Shown: piece after piece, positions 38,791 through 52,656 of the stretch
How positions within the stretch are numbered: position 1 is the stretch's first letter
Layout: each line of letters opens with the position of its first letter
Assembly: GCA_036630325.1 (NCBI GenBank)
Contig: CP142729.1
Span: forward strand, 682,001-746,000
Direction: 5' to 3'
Length of the DNA stretch: 64,000 bases
Source of the DNA: Vairimorpha necatrix
Lineage: Eukaryota
The notes under the pieces: generated by a model
Seen by the model: only the letters and a program-made list of their open reading frames with translations
What the model was told of the DNA's origin: nothing
Database searches by the model: none
Made by a program: the position numbers and the translations under genes

Positions 38791-40749
38791 AATAGTTATA
38801 TGGCAAACATTCAAAAATGATGAATTTATCTAAATAAACTGCGATTTCAATATTATGATCACACTAGATGTATTCAAAAGATCAGCAACCCACATATTCA
38901 TACATACAAGAATATTACCGGATAAATAACGAGTAAAATGAGATGGAAATAGTTAAGAGGTAGTATTTCGGCTTTGATAAGAATTTAGAAAACATGAATA
39001 TGATATAAGCTGATCTACAATCTAATGCACAATGATTTTAAGTAAATCTGTTGATGTGTTCCATTCAAACGAGATGTTGATGTATATAGCAAGGGTCTGA
39101 ACTTAGATAGCTTACATCTTTATATTATAAGTTCCCAATCAGATCAAATGACATCAACTTTGTTCTATCTCTACGAGGATGTTGGGTGGACCTCAAACTC
39201 AAGAATTAAATGATTTCTTCGAGAGGCACATAAGATATTTTTGTAAAGTAATGTATAATAGATACACAATATCTACAAAAAATATAGAATTTAATTGTAT
39301 TTTATATGTATAAATTGTCATTGACATTAGAAATCGATTCGTATTTACAATTTTAAACAAATATCCTATACTTAATAAAATTAAATTAGAAGTAGTTGGT
39401 CTAGATCCTTGCAAAGGCTGTGTAAATTATAAAACTATTAGATATGAAAGTAGTGGTAACCCCGTGATCTTATAATTAAACTTTCAGGTTTGATCATGGA
39501 ACACGAGAAAACTTTATCATCGTGGTTGTCTATTTTCATGTGTTACGTCAAGCCTAGAGGCGTGCTGCACAGGGATGCGAATTGTTCTAAAGTAATACTC
39601 TAAAGAACTACATGTTTGCCCGTCTGTCCCTGCCAGAGTTTTATAATGTTTAATATAATTATTTTTATTTAATACTTTCTCCTTTGGGTTCATCTCCTTT
39701 TTTTTGTGAGGTTTAAAATAAATTTTTTAAAATAAGAAGGAGGTATAATAATTAAAAATTGTAAATTCATCCTATAAGAAATAGAGATGTTATGTGGTCA
39801 CAATACCACACCTAGTCTTTTTATTTCTATGACTTGCTATGAAAATTAGATGAAGATAAAAGTAATTTTATCTAAATGATAAACAGCATCTAATAGACCT
39901 GAATTGGGAGTAAAGTTCTGCAACTTAAATTTAAACAGTATACGGGATTAGATAATGTCAGGATGTTTATGCGGATTTTCTGCCCCAATTAAGTGTTGGG
40001 TTTTACAGACATGGACTTCCCCATGCACAAATATTTTTAATGTTTAAGAATAAAATCCTGGATATAATAATAGATAGGCAGTATGTTTTAAGATACCATC
40101 TCCACATAAAAATTCGACGCTGTTTAACTATGTAACAAAACACATAATTCATAGATCATATGGACTAAGCTCATGAAGACCTAATTTATAAGCCTTGGGG
40201 TTGAACTTAGAATTCACAAGAAGTATGCTACTGAGACGAATATTTACAATGACCGATATCTAGAATACAGGCAATTAGGAGAGCCCGAGTATAATGGTAG
40301 GCAATACTGTTATTTATGCTAGCTATTATGAGCCAATTTGCTTGAAAATGCAATATCACATCATTGTAGAACTTTATACCTCTAAAATGTCAGTTGGATT
40401 ATTTTAAAGTTTTTATAAAATATTTGGTTGTAAAGAGATTGAATAACAGATATAATCTAAATAAATCGTTTTGAGACTTTCAGATAGTCTCAGTAAAATG
40501 AGTACTAAAGATTTATGGAACACATGATACATGGAGGATTTTATGGGATCTTTGGTCTTTCTGTACATCTAGGGCAAAACAATTGTTATCGTATGGAAGC
40601 AGTAAGAATAAACTGCTAGATAGTGTGATCTCAGACGGATTTAGTTTACGTTCTTCATAAACAGATAGCAGTATCCGAAGAGACTCGTCAATTCATGTAA
40701 AGTAAGTTACCACATTACCATACATATGAAAAGGGGAATGAATAAAAAA

Positions 40750-42006
40750 GGAGGTGGGGTACCACAGATCCCCCCTTTGGACGTCTTCTTTTGTTTTTGT
40801 CAAACCCAAAAATTGAAGTGCAAAAAAGAGACGCTTCCACTATCACTCAGTTTACTTGTACCTTGTAATATTAAAAATACAAAACTAAGATATAAAGTGG
40901 ATTAAAAGTAAATTCGAAATTAAGAAATAGAAATAAAAAGGTTCCCCTTAAAATTTTTAAAAATAAATAATTTAAGTTTTTTTATACTATTTTTTTTTTA
41001 ATAGCCCTTTAAAAATTTAAAAATGACAGAATTCTACAAGACGTTGCGAAAATAATAGAGAAAATAATTTTTTATACTTTAAAATCAAAGTTTTGACCAA
41101 TATACTATGGGAAAGTAAAACGACGTTTACAAATACAAAATCAAATTAGATGTATAATAAAAAATTGCAGAAAAGAGCTCATCACAACAAAAAAAAACCT
41201 TTTAAAGATCTAAATTGCCTTGGCTGATAATTTGCCAGGTCATATTTCTTTTTGTTGAAAATACAGCAATAAAAACAATTAAAAACTTCTCAGTCTCAAT
41301 AAAAAAACAATTTATAGAATTATCAAAAAAATTAGTAATCACATAACTGATAATAAAACTATTGGAGGATCAGGTATAATTGTAGAAATCGACGAATCTA
41401 AATTCGGAAAGAAAAAAGACAACAAAGCTCATAAAGTCGAAGGCGCATGGGTACTCGGGATGGTGGAAAGGACTACGGAGCGAGGTCTAGTCTTACTTAA
41501 AGTTAAAAATAGAAAGACTTCGACTTTTGAAAGATTATAAAAGATTATGTACTTCCCGGTTGTATCGTGTTTACTGATTATTAGAGAGGATAAAAAATTT
41601 AATACAATTAGTCCCGTACGAACACATTACTATTAATCATTCCCTTGGTTCTATAAAATCAAAGAGCGGTTTTCATACCAACACAATCTAAGAAACATGG
41701 GCTGGTGTAAAAAGAGTGATTTCTGCCAGATATAGGACAGAAAAAGATGTAAAATCTATTTCTAAATTTATTTACATTTAAAAAAAATAATCCTAAGTAA
41801 ACCTTCGAAAAGATAATAAAAGATCATTTTCTTGAAAATTTCTTGGATCACTATAATTTAAAGTCGTTTTTTAGTTTTATTTTGCATTTTAATGTTAAAA
41901 GTTATGAGATAATTTTGTCCTTTTCTTGCTCCTTTTTTTGCACTTCAATTTTGGGGTTCGGCAATAAAGTGAACCCCTCAGAGGGGGGTTTATTAGACCT
42001 TTGGCC
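40750..42006 (+). mobile_element. Decayed Merlin (family of 11479-12716)
   Basis: IGGSGIIVEIDESKFGK, WVLGMVER, INHS, HTNTI. TIR remnants match the 11479 family; TSD not verifiable. Confidence 0.85.
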
Positions 42007-42139
42007 ATTAGGCATAGCATATATTTATTTTTAAAAGCAATTCATATATAAAAAAAAGCATCAAATTTTTAAATAAAGTTGTTAAAGGGTTTCTTTTAAC
42101 TAAGTTTTAGAACTTTATACATTAGATTGTAAAATAATT

Positions 42140-43265
42140 TTTTTAGGGGGGCAAGAAAATAAATTAGCGCCCAAAAGGAGACGCAAGCAGCAGATTAAAA
42201 ATACTGGCCTCATTTGATGTTAAAAATACTTAAGGAAGGGACAAAATAATTATAAATTAAATTTTATCCCTCATTTGTCAGGCAATATGTTATAATTATT
42301 TAAATTTTGGTATACAAATTATCAAAATGACCTAGAACTATAATGAAGTCAAAGAAATCATGAATACAATTATAGAAATATATTGAAACCCATTTTTTGT
42401 CCCCCTAGTATATAAAATTCGCGATTTAGCAAAAAACAACCCAAATAAACTCAAATGTTGACGAGAACATGTAGAAAAGAAACGGATTAACAAACAAACC
42501 CCCCCTTTTTAGCAAGACTGCCATGGTTGAAAATATACCACGTAGTTTTTTTTTTGAAAATTACTCCTTCTAAAACTAAGAAAAAAAAATATCTATAACT
42601 AAAAAAACAATCAATACAATTAGCAGTATAGTTAGTAAAATTGTTACGGCAAATATAAGATTGAAGGACCAGGTATTGGCGTAGAGACGGAAGAATCAAA
42701 ATTTATAAAAAGAAAATACAACTAAGTGCACAAAGTTGACGGATTCAGGGCACTTATAATGGTCGAAAGAACAATCAAAGGGGGATAGTTTTACATCAAG
42801 TAAAAATAGCAAGGCCGAAATTTTAGAAAGTCTCAACAAAGAACACGTACTTCTTAGTTTCATAAAATATATAGATTGCTGGAAGGATACGTTTTTCAGA
42901 AAAATAGCAATATATGACCCCACATACAGCAAACATTCAATCAGTTTCGTAAAACCAACGAATGGAGTTAATACCAAACAATCGAAGAACTTGGTCTGCA
43001 GTAAAAAGAGTAGTACCAGCTCAAAATCAAACAGTTAAAGATATAAGTCGCATTTTGAATATGTTTTGCTTTTGAAGAAATAATACTAATGACACAACAG
43101 AAATCCGAATTATATAAGAGTACATATTAATTTGACCTATTCAAAATTTAATTTATAATCATGTTATGTTTTTATTTATCCAAGAGATCATATTCCTGGT
43201 CTCTTGCTTGCTCCTCCTTTTTTGATCTATATTTTTTTTAGTTCTGTAAATAATCGTAGCGCCTC
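42140..43265 (+). mobile_element. Heavily decayed Merlin
   Basis: EGPGIGVETEESK (about 42663), MVER, YIDCWK; TIR-like remnants at both ends; ends approximate. Confidence 0.65.
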
Positions 43266-44779
43266 AAATACATGTGCAGCTAGTTCTCTTAAGCCTTCTA
43301 CCTATTATATTGCATTTCCACCCTGTCAAAACAATCAATGAATTTTCTAGAATTTTTTTTCCTATAAATAAAATCAGAAAGGAAGGGTACACAAGCAGTG
43401 ATGGAGAAGAGGCAAAGAACGTAGCCTCAGAGAGTTCAGAAGGGAAAATGATTAAAAAAAGAAGTTTATTAAAAGTATTTTGGAATACTCTTTTTTAACT
43501 GGGAAGGTTTCCCCTCGGGGTTACAATATTTAAATCTGATCACTCCATTACATGTTCTGATCATACCCCTTGACTTTGTACATAAGTTTTATTTCACTTG
43601 GCAGTAAAGTCACTCTTTTTGCATGCTCAGTCTTCCTTTAAAGCTTGTAGCAAAGAAATGAGATGTTTCTCAAATACACCTTGTAGTTTCATAATAGCTT
43701 GGGTATAAATCGAGGAGCTTGACTGTTTGTGTTCTTTCCCATATTCCCCAAACTACTCCTCATTATCCTGATAAAGGGCAGTCGAATTCGACTACACAAA
43801 CAAGAAATTTTCTTCTGGTGTAGCTTTTAATTTTTTCAAACAGTAAAACTAAACTTTCTCGTTTTCTTTTCTGACTTTCTGATGCTGAAAGAGCATCGCC
43901 TTGCCTTTGCAGGGGATCTCTTTTTGCTTTTATCTTCTGTAATTGAAGTCGAGACATGAGTCCTGGCCACCAAAGGGGATAAATTAAGAAAAGAGGAATA
44001 ATTAACTGAAAAAAATACAATATTAAAATTAAGTAATTAAAAATTATAATTTTTCATAACCAACTCCATAATTTCGAGTTTTATCGATCTTATAATTCGT
44101 GTCGTCGGAAATAATATTAGTTTAAATATTTATAGAGTCGTCTATTTGAAAGATGTTTTACTATTTGTGCTGGTTTTTTATAGCTAAACATAAAATTGTA
44201 TTTATTTTTTATCCTCTATATCCTCAACTCTATAAAAATACCATAATCCTCAGTCCTTCCTTTACAAACTTCTTTCTATAATTTTTTTAATATAACCTCT
44301 GAACAAACATGAACACCAACTGTTAGTGTCTTTACACCTTTGTACATATTTAAAAGATATTTTTGTCTGTTTGTTTAATGATTTTCTCGATAGGTCCATT
44401 GAAACCATTGACGGATGATGAATATGACATCTGCCATAATGATATAGGCGCATACACTACGAAAAGTTATATGTATGGTTTTGTGTCATTATTCTATTTG
44501 ACAGTCTCACGCTACAAGATGTCAACCCCATCATTTTGTGATGTTTTTTTTTCATCTTCGAGTTCTTTTTAAGAATAAAATATAGGTAAAAACAACAAAT
44601 ATGAAATGAATAAGTAGAATTTGTAAAACTATTAACAAAAGATTTAAATTTCGGATTGATCTTGATCAAATAATATAGTAATAATTGGTTGTTTGTTGTA
44701 AAAAAATCAAAAGAAAATTATACTAAGATTAAGATACTAGCATAAAAGCTATATTTTTATAAATATACATGTAAAATTA

Positions 44780-45300
44780 TATTTAAGAAGAGATTAAGAA
44801 ACCACCCAGTACAACTGATAGTTACCAACAAAGATGTGGAAATAAGAATAGACACAATGGTAAAAACTACATAAAGATCAATATAATAAACGGACGTTGT
44901 CGTGGTAGATAAAAAGAACAAATTGATCAATAGAATCGAAATAGGTGTCACATCACAAGAGAATTTACAGCAAGTAAAAAACGATTCGTTACTAAAGTAT
45001 GATGTCCTTGCGAAGGAACAGGGACTAATATATGGTTTTAAAACAGAAATAAATCCCTACATAATTACTTGGAACGGTATATTGACTAAGTTTCACAAAT
45101 CTTATACCAAAAGTTTGAAATTCCTAAGAAGGTAGAAGCGTGCGTCCAGATGATCACGCTAAAGAAGACGCTAGAAACCATTTATCTGGACTATAGACGG
45201 AGAGAAGACGAACTTTATGTGGAAAGGATTATGAAGACGAGAAGCCGCCCACAAGCAGGGGCGCCAACACGGAACCTATCCCTGTTAAACTATTAATATA
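44780..45300 (+). mobile_element. 5'-truncated 3' fragment of an R4-like non-LTR element (restriction-like endonuclease)
   Basis: DVVVVDKK...IEIGVT...KYDVLA...PYIITWNG, homologous to 29890-30430. Confidence 0.85.
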
Positions 45301-48300
45301 AATTACAATAAGCATGTCAAAATTGAATTCGTTTTTTATAATATTACATAGATTATACAATTTAAATCATTGTGTCTTTTATTATCAATTGTTGCCCTTT
45401 ATTCTATTCCAAACTATCTAAGCACAAGTTCGTCAATCTTAGCATGGTTAACACAGATGGTTGTTTCAAACACAAACATATAAAAAAAGGTTTAAAATAA
45501 ACATAAAATTTCTTTCTAACTTGTCTACTGCTTTCAATAAAAATAATTTATAGGTATAAAGTAACAATTGTATACGTTATTTAATCTTCTAAAAGAATTT
45601 CAACATATTGCATTTGAAAAAGCCATTTATTGACAACTAGCAGTCAGTGTCATTTCCATTCATATATGTTTTTAAGTACAAAAATAATTTTCTAGCTTTT
45701 TTATTTAGTTTTAAAATTTTAGCAGATTTATGTGACAAGATAACTGTACCATTCATTACATTGGGTGTAATTTTGCTCTTTCTTATTTTAAGTAGCTATC
45801 TGTTAGCAATTGTAAAATAAGTCGTTCGAATTATAAATTTTTTTAAAAAAACGAACATTAATTGCCTCTTTCTTGTTAAAAACCACATAACATTTTATAA
45901 TATCATATATATATGGCTCCATATAAGATACAGAGGTTTCTTATGATCAACAATGTACTATTATGTCAGAAATTTTTTTTTATTTCTCTAATTGATATTT
46001 TTTAGTTCTTCGAGTGTGCCTGACTAAAGTTTCTAAACCTTCTTTGTAAACTAAAAACTTTGATTTATTCTAGAGGCTAACGATATTTACTGCCTGTGCA
46101 CCATCTAAAACCATAAGTAGTCATAGGAAAATAAATATAAATATCAATTTAGAATAAACATATACTTAAATCGAAGAGAACGCTATTTTTCTGATAATCC
46201 TACCTTGTTTACTGCGCTATTAACATTCTATATATATAGTTTTAATATGTGCGATTGTTTTTTATTACTTAGAGTGTTTATTTGCGGTCTTAGCTTTTTA
46301 ATCAAGAGTAAAACATAATGATGTGACAATTTTATCTTATTTTTCTAAATTACATATACCAACGTATTAAGAGTAAAAATCATTGTTTAATTTTTAATAT
46401 GTTAATTAATATATCGTTTGTGATCACTTAAGATCATATTTTTACAAAAAATATTTGTATGATAAATGAAACGCTTGTGATTCCATTTCCGTTGTAGTTC
46501 GCAAATTTTTGATTGTTCGACACAATCTATCATATAATAATAACTGCATTAATAAAACATTGGAATATATTCTTTCCTAAATTAAATGTTAATATCGCTG
46601 CTTACTTTTAGCAAACAAACAAATTATCATAACAATAATTGTTGAGTAGTTTTAATAGTAACAATAAATGGCTAAAGAAAACATTTTTTAACAAATTTGC
46701 ATATAGTTTTGTTTTGTTTTTTTGCCTTCTTTTAAAAAACAGAGGGAAGAATTTGGGCAAGAGAAGAATTAGAAATCTATTTTAGGGTAGTTCTGACAGT
46801 AAAACAAGCCAAACGTACAATGTTTATTATTAAACATGATTTATTCGTTTATGCAAAATTTATGATCAAATTAAAGGAGAACCCAGAAACTGTAATTTTA
46901 ATTTTTAACAAATACTTTTTTATTTAAAAAGAATGAGACATTATTTTTTAAGTACAAACCCAACCATTAAATTTCTTTTTCAAAGTTCATATTTTACTAA
47001 CTATTAGATAGAATTATATAAAACAACAACATCTATAATACCAAGAAAACATAAAAACAATGTTACTTAAGCTATGTTGTTCTATCATTGCTTTAAATAT
47101 ACTTAAATTGAATTTTAAACTAATGCTATATCATTGTTTTTCTCCTCTGTTTTGTAAAAGGGACAAAAAATAAAATATCCGCATTCTTGATATAAATTTG
47201 TTGCATATCGTTTTCTTTGGATCATTATATTTTTTCATTGGGACATAAGACTCAGTTCCAATTGATTTTCTTCATAACTTAGTGTTGTTAGTGTACAAAC
47301 TTCAAAACAATAAATGGGGCAATGCTTAAACAATATAAACAAAAGGTGAAAACTAATAGCAAATAAATAAATCTCAAGCTTTGTAACCATCGCACGTTTT
47401 ATTTGAGAGTATCTCCGCCTATTGTACTTTAATTATACATTAAAAAGCAGCATAGTACTTTATATTTGATAATTTAATAAGATGTAAAAAAAAGAATTAC
47501 ACTAGTTATTGTTTGCAGAGTCTAGGAACCAACATATAAATTAGCTCCTTTATTTTTGCTCAAATCATGTTTTTAATACATATTGTTACATAATGATACT
47601 CCTCGTTATTTATCATAGTTTTAAATAGGTAAAATATTTAGAATTAGCTACAAAAATTTTTAAAGAGAAAAAATTTAAGTAAGTATCTACAAGAAGTGAT
47701 CATGGGTTAATCTCAGTAATTACATTAACGGTTTGTGGTAAATATTCTTTTAAATTATTTGTATGAGCAACAAACTGAGAATTGTCGTCATTCATATATT
47801 TGAAAAGACTTTATTGGTTATATCTTTGATATAAAAAACAGTATACATTAAATAAAAAAAACATTGTCGTAATAAAAGAACTGTCAATTTAGAAGCCGAA
47901 ATATTTTGGAAGTATGTCGTATATGACGAATTGATGTCTCCACAATATCTTTAAGTCAAATTTAAATTATAAGTTTATTATATTTGCGTTATTTTTGGTT
48001 CCTGTTAACAGTATCGTATTTCAGATATCTATAGACATGTTTTCTTTAATTTTTAAGTGTTTAAAACAAAATTGACATACACATTACCATTTGGATAATA
48101 TGTGCTTAGATTTGCCCCTTACAAAAAAAAACTATTTTTTCTATAGACAAACAGAAAAAGAATAATCAAAGCATGTCTTATTTCAAATGCTAGTCATATG
48201 GAACATCTAATCTATATAAAGCATATTAATTCATTAACAGCAAAAGTAATTCTATTTTATTGTCTATATACATACAAAAAGACTTTATTTTTCTAAAATA

Positions 48301-48627
48301 GAATATTCTGTGTAAATAGTATCTAAGATTTTCTTTTTTTGTGTGTTTTAACAAATAGTAAACTGGAGTTTAGATCAAACAAACGGGGAAGGAAAAAATG
48401 TAAAGATAAAAAACAATAGGAAAATAATGTAATTTGTATATTATTTTTGATGTAATTAGTACAGACGTTTTGGTTAGAGATTTAGAATTATATATCACAA
48501 TTTTTAGCTATTGTGTACTTATTGATGCGCGAGTTTTAATTCATAATAGAAATCACACTCTACGCGATTCCTCTTATGCTTTCGGTTGTTGGACCAGTTG
48601 ATCTAGTAATTAATTCTATATACATAG

Positions 48628-51600
48628 TGTCGTAGCCGATCAAATACTGACCAATCATATTCTTACAAATGGACAGATTTGATTGGCTACTAAAAGTATT
48701 TAAAAACATTTCCAAATGAGGGGATGGAAAATATAAATAAACTTATTGACATGGCGACAAAGACGAATAATGTCGGGTACTTCTCAGGAGAAGCAGTGGA
48801 GGACATAAACACCTGGATAAGGGACATAATGTTGGTGGGGGAAGTTTCCAAATGGACCAATGAACAATTTAAGATTGCTTTGATTAGTAAGCTCAAAGGA
48901 AAAGCTCTATCATGGGCTTCCCAGACATTAGGTGGGAAAATGGAAACAGTGGGCGTGAAGAGATAATTCATTTACTAAAGAAAAGATTCGGGTCGCATAA
49001 AGACAATGATATAACACTAAGTAGGTTTCTTTCAATGACAGTCCCAGAGACTAGGGAAGATTATACTCAAATGTTGCAGGAAGCAACGGTGATATTTGAG
49101 CGATCACTCATCAATTTAGACGCTCTATGCCAAATGGTCATAAGCAAATCGCCCATAGAGATAAAAGCCTCCAATACCAGACTGCCACTACAGTTCAGAC
49201 TTGGCAAGGATTTATTCAGAAGGCCGAGGACATATCGTGGATTCCGTATCCCGATAAAATGTTAGCGAGGACTAAGCTGCATGACAACGCGGGTAGAGGT
49301 CCCAGCACTAAAAATAACTACGAAGGAGGATTCAAAAAAAAGATAACCTATGAGAAACCTCCACGATATAACAATAAACGTTGTACACTTCACGGGGAAT
49401 GTAATCATTCCACAAGAGAATGCAAAGCATTAACAATAATACTCAATAGCGAAAGAAACAATATCAAAAAGAAATATATAAATTCACTAGAGGACTGTGA
49501 AAGGGACGAAGAATCTACTACTAATAAAGATAATGAATTTTATTTGCATCATATACAAAATAGTCATAATCCATTTTTTGTTCAAAGTCGTTTATTTAAT
49601 AAAAATATTAAAGTACTACTGGATACCGGTGCCGATGTATCCGTCATAAACTACAAGGACATTCCGCCGGAAGAACGAAATAAGATTATTTGATATAATG
49701 GTGTCGTAAGAGGAATAGGTAAGGAAATATTAAAAACAGAAGGCTATATGAAAGATTTGAAAATTGAAATTGACGGAAAGGACGTGATTTTCTCACCATT
49801 GATAATTAAAGATATTAAATATGTTATAATAGGAGCAAGTGTGATATGTAAAAATAGAAAATTGATTTTAGACATTCTAAATACACCCAAAAATAGAATC
49901 AACCAAGTGTCAAGCTCCACATATGGCTTAGAAGAAAATAAAATTGTGAAAGAGTATGAAGACGTTTTTAAAACAGAAATAAGCGACTATAACCTCTGCA
50001 CAGCAGGTAAACACCGAATACTGACGAATAGCCCTAAAATAATTTGTCAAAGAAACGGAAGAATACCAGTATCTCAGGAAGAAGCAGTTAATGCGGAAAT
50101 AAACAAACTTTTAAAACTCGGAATATTGAGGGAGAGCAGAAGCCCCTGGTGTAGCAGAATACTGATGGTACCTAAACCAGATAAAACGTGGAAAATGTGC
50201 GTAGATTACAAAGGACTAAATAGTATGACGGTAAAGGACGCATACATGACTCCCAGAGTAGATGAAATCTTTGATAGCTTATCAAGTGCAACAATCTTCA
50301 CTATACTTGACGCAACTAGCGGGTTTCATCAAATCCCTAAACAAGAAGAGGATAAAGAAAAGACAGCGTTCTCGTATAAAGGACAATTGTACGAATTTAA
50401 TCGCATGCCCTTCGGTCTCTGTAATGCCACCACAACATTCCAAAGGGCGATGGACAATATATTTAGGAAAGAAAATCATAATTTTGTGATCCCATACTTG
50501 GATGACATTATAATTGTTGTAACACATGAAACAAGTACTATCTTGTTTCAAACACTAGACAGTTTCAGTCATCGTAAACCAGTTATCTTCTATTATCTGT
50601 AACGTATGTTTCACTGAAACTATTTAAGAAAACTTATTCTAATAAATTATGCAATTTAATACAGACATGTCTTCGGGACTCAACAATAATATATTCTAAA
50701 AACAGGGAAGATCATAAGAAACATGTTGAAATTGTACTAGGGAAAATAAGAGCAGCAAATTTATCGCTAAATAAAAAAAAAATGTAAGTTCTTTAGATCA
50801 GAAATAAAGATTTTGGGGAATGTCATAGGCAATGGAGTTATCAAGGTAGATGAAACACGAATCAAAGACATACTGGCGTATCCGATCCCTACTACTTTGA
50901 AAGAATTAAGAAGTTTCTTAGGAATGGCTAACTATTGCAGAGACTTTGTTGCAAAAATGGCGGAAGTCACAGGACCTTTGTACGATTTACTCAAAGGCGG
51001 AAACAGAACTCCAATAAAACGCTATCACTTACGGAGCAACAATTAGTAACATTCAAAAACGTTAAAAAAGTATTGGGTCAGAATACTATACGTACACAGC
51101 CTAATTTTAATGCTCCATTCATACTTGTCACAGACGCATCCGAAACAGGGATCGGAGCAGTCCTTCTACAAAAGAACAAAGGCGGAGTGGAAAAAATGAT
51201 AGCTGCCTTTAGCAAGAGGCTGGACAATTGCCAGAAAGATTATTTTGTAACAGATAAAGAACTCCTCGGATTGGTAAAAGGAATAGAGCCTTTTAGACAC
51301 TATCTTTTAGGAAATAAATTTACGTTGAGAACAGACCATAAAGCTCTAATCTACCTCTGGACAGTAAAGGATCCAACAAGTAGGATTCTCAGGTGGGCAC
51401 TCAAGTTGGCGGAGTACCAATTTGAATTAGAATATATAAACGGGGAGAATAACATAGCAGATGGTTTTAGTAGATTCCACCAAGAGTGTGAATCATGTGA
51501 CATCAACACACGTCAATTATCGGATAATAACATTAATAATATACTCGAGGAGTATCATAAAATCTCAGGACATGGGTCGACGAACACCATGAAATTCATG

Positions 51601-52656
51601 ATTTCACAATCACATAAGTGGAAGAACATGTATCGAGACATAGCCCGGGTTGTAAGGAATTGTAAAACATGCTCACGCTCTGGATATCAACGTATCAAAA
51701 CAAAGAACAAGGTCATACTTTCAGAAAGGCCCAATCAACTTTGGGAATTCGATCTGCTAGGAAAGCTTTCCGACAATAGCGGAAGTGGCTACATATTTGT
51801 AGCGATCGATCACTATTCTAAATGGATAGAAACTAAGATTTTGAGAAGCAAGAGGGGGTGCGAAATATATAAGGCAATCGAGGAATTAATCATTGGTAAG
51901 CACGAGATTTCCGAAAGAATATTAACGGACAATGGTTTAGAGTTTGATAACTCGGAGGTACAAGCATTAGGATCCAAGTATAACATATCATGGGAATTTT
52001 GTTCGCCGTATCATCACCAGACTACTGGCGCAGTGGAGAGGGTCATACAGACATTGACGAACAAAATTAGAAAACTATCTAATTATGGAGAAATCAGTTG
52101 GAAAAAAGTTGTTAAAGAAGCTACACTGGCAGTAAATCTGTCGTTTAATCGGTCAATAGGAACATCGCCATATATTTTAAAATTCGGTCAACAAATAACA
52201 ACAACCGTAGATGAGAAAATTGGGGTTATCCCCAAGACTTATGCGAAGCAAGAGCTGTTACGTAAGCGGGACTCGAACTTTAAAAAGTACAGTAAATACA
52301 TCGTCAGGGGAAAGAGAGATATTAAACAAAAATTTAGAATAGGAGAAGACGTTTTAGTTTACAGAGATTACCCAGTATGTGGAAAATTGGAAGCTAAATG
52401 AACACCTGGTTATATTATTGTCGAAATTTTAAGTGAAGACGCATTTTTGGTAAAAAGAAAAAATTCAACGGGCGAATTGAGAGTTAACATAAGTCATATT
52501 AAGAAGGACACGTCGAAGACTGATTGAGGGGGTGTCGTGGCCGATCAAATACTGACCAATCATATTCTTACAAATGGACAGATTTGATTGGCTACTAAAA
52601 GTATTTAAAAACATTTCCAAATGAGGGGATGGAAAATATAAATAAACTTATTGACA
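48628..52656 (+). mobile_element. Young full-length Ty3/Gypsy retrotransposon, disrupted
   Basis: 124-bp LTRs (48628-48751, 52533-52656; 1 mismatch), 5-bp TSD CATAG, PBS TGGCGACAA at 48752, PPT GAGGGGG. Gag CTLHGECNH..C, PR LLDTGAD, RT YLDD, RH TDAS/DHKAL, IN FDLLG/TDNG/GAVER. Several frameshifts and stops. Confidence 0.97.
50515..50685. mobile_element. 171-bp solo LTR of another family inserted in RT
   Basis: TGTTG...CAACA with 5-bp TSD ATAAT (50510-50514 / 50686-50690). Removal restores YLDDIIIYSK. Confidence 0.9.

Larger units (their letters stand above)
29520..40740 (+). mobile_element. Decayed Helitron (RepHel) hosting nested insertions; extent left of about 37280 is tentative
   Basis: VFKIHGQVYH (37614-37643), LFYLYEDVGW (about 39160), PSLFISMTC (about 39810; Rep motif 1), NRPEL..QLK (about 39892), RHGLPHAQIFL (40007; Rep HUH-like motif), YLEYRQ, YHIIVE, all in Helitron order. 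Confidence 0.75.

Noticed and set aside
43270-44700. Possible non-LTR 5' fragment and another decayed transposase
   Set aside because: Only vague peptide resemblance; cannot support a call.
45300-48430. Hidden gene or ncRNA in the long AT-rich stretch
   Set aside because: No ORF of 60 aa or more, repeat or structure that I can support.
49691-52401. TGA recoding or programmed readthrough
   Set aside because: Intact ORFs use TGG for Trp and TGA as the terminal stop. In-frame TGAs also fall at non-Trp positions (e.g. 57071), so ordinary nonsense mutation suffices.
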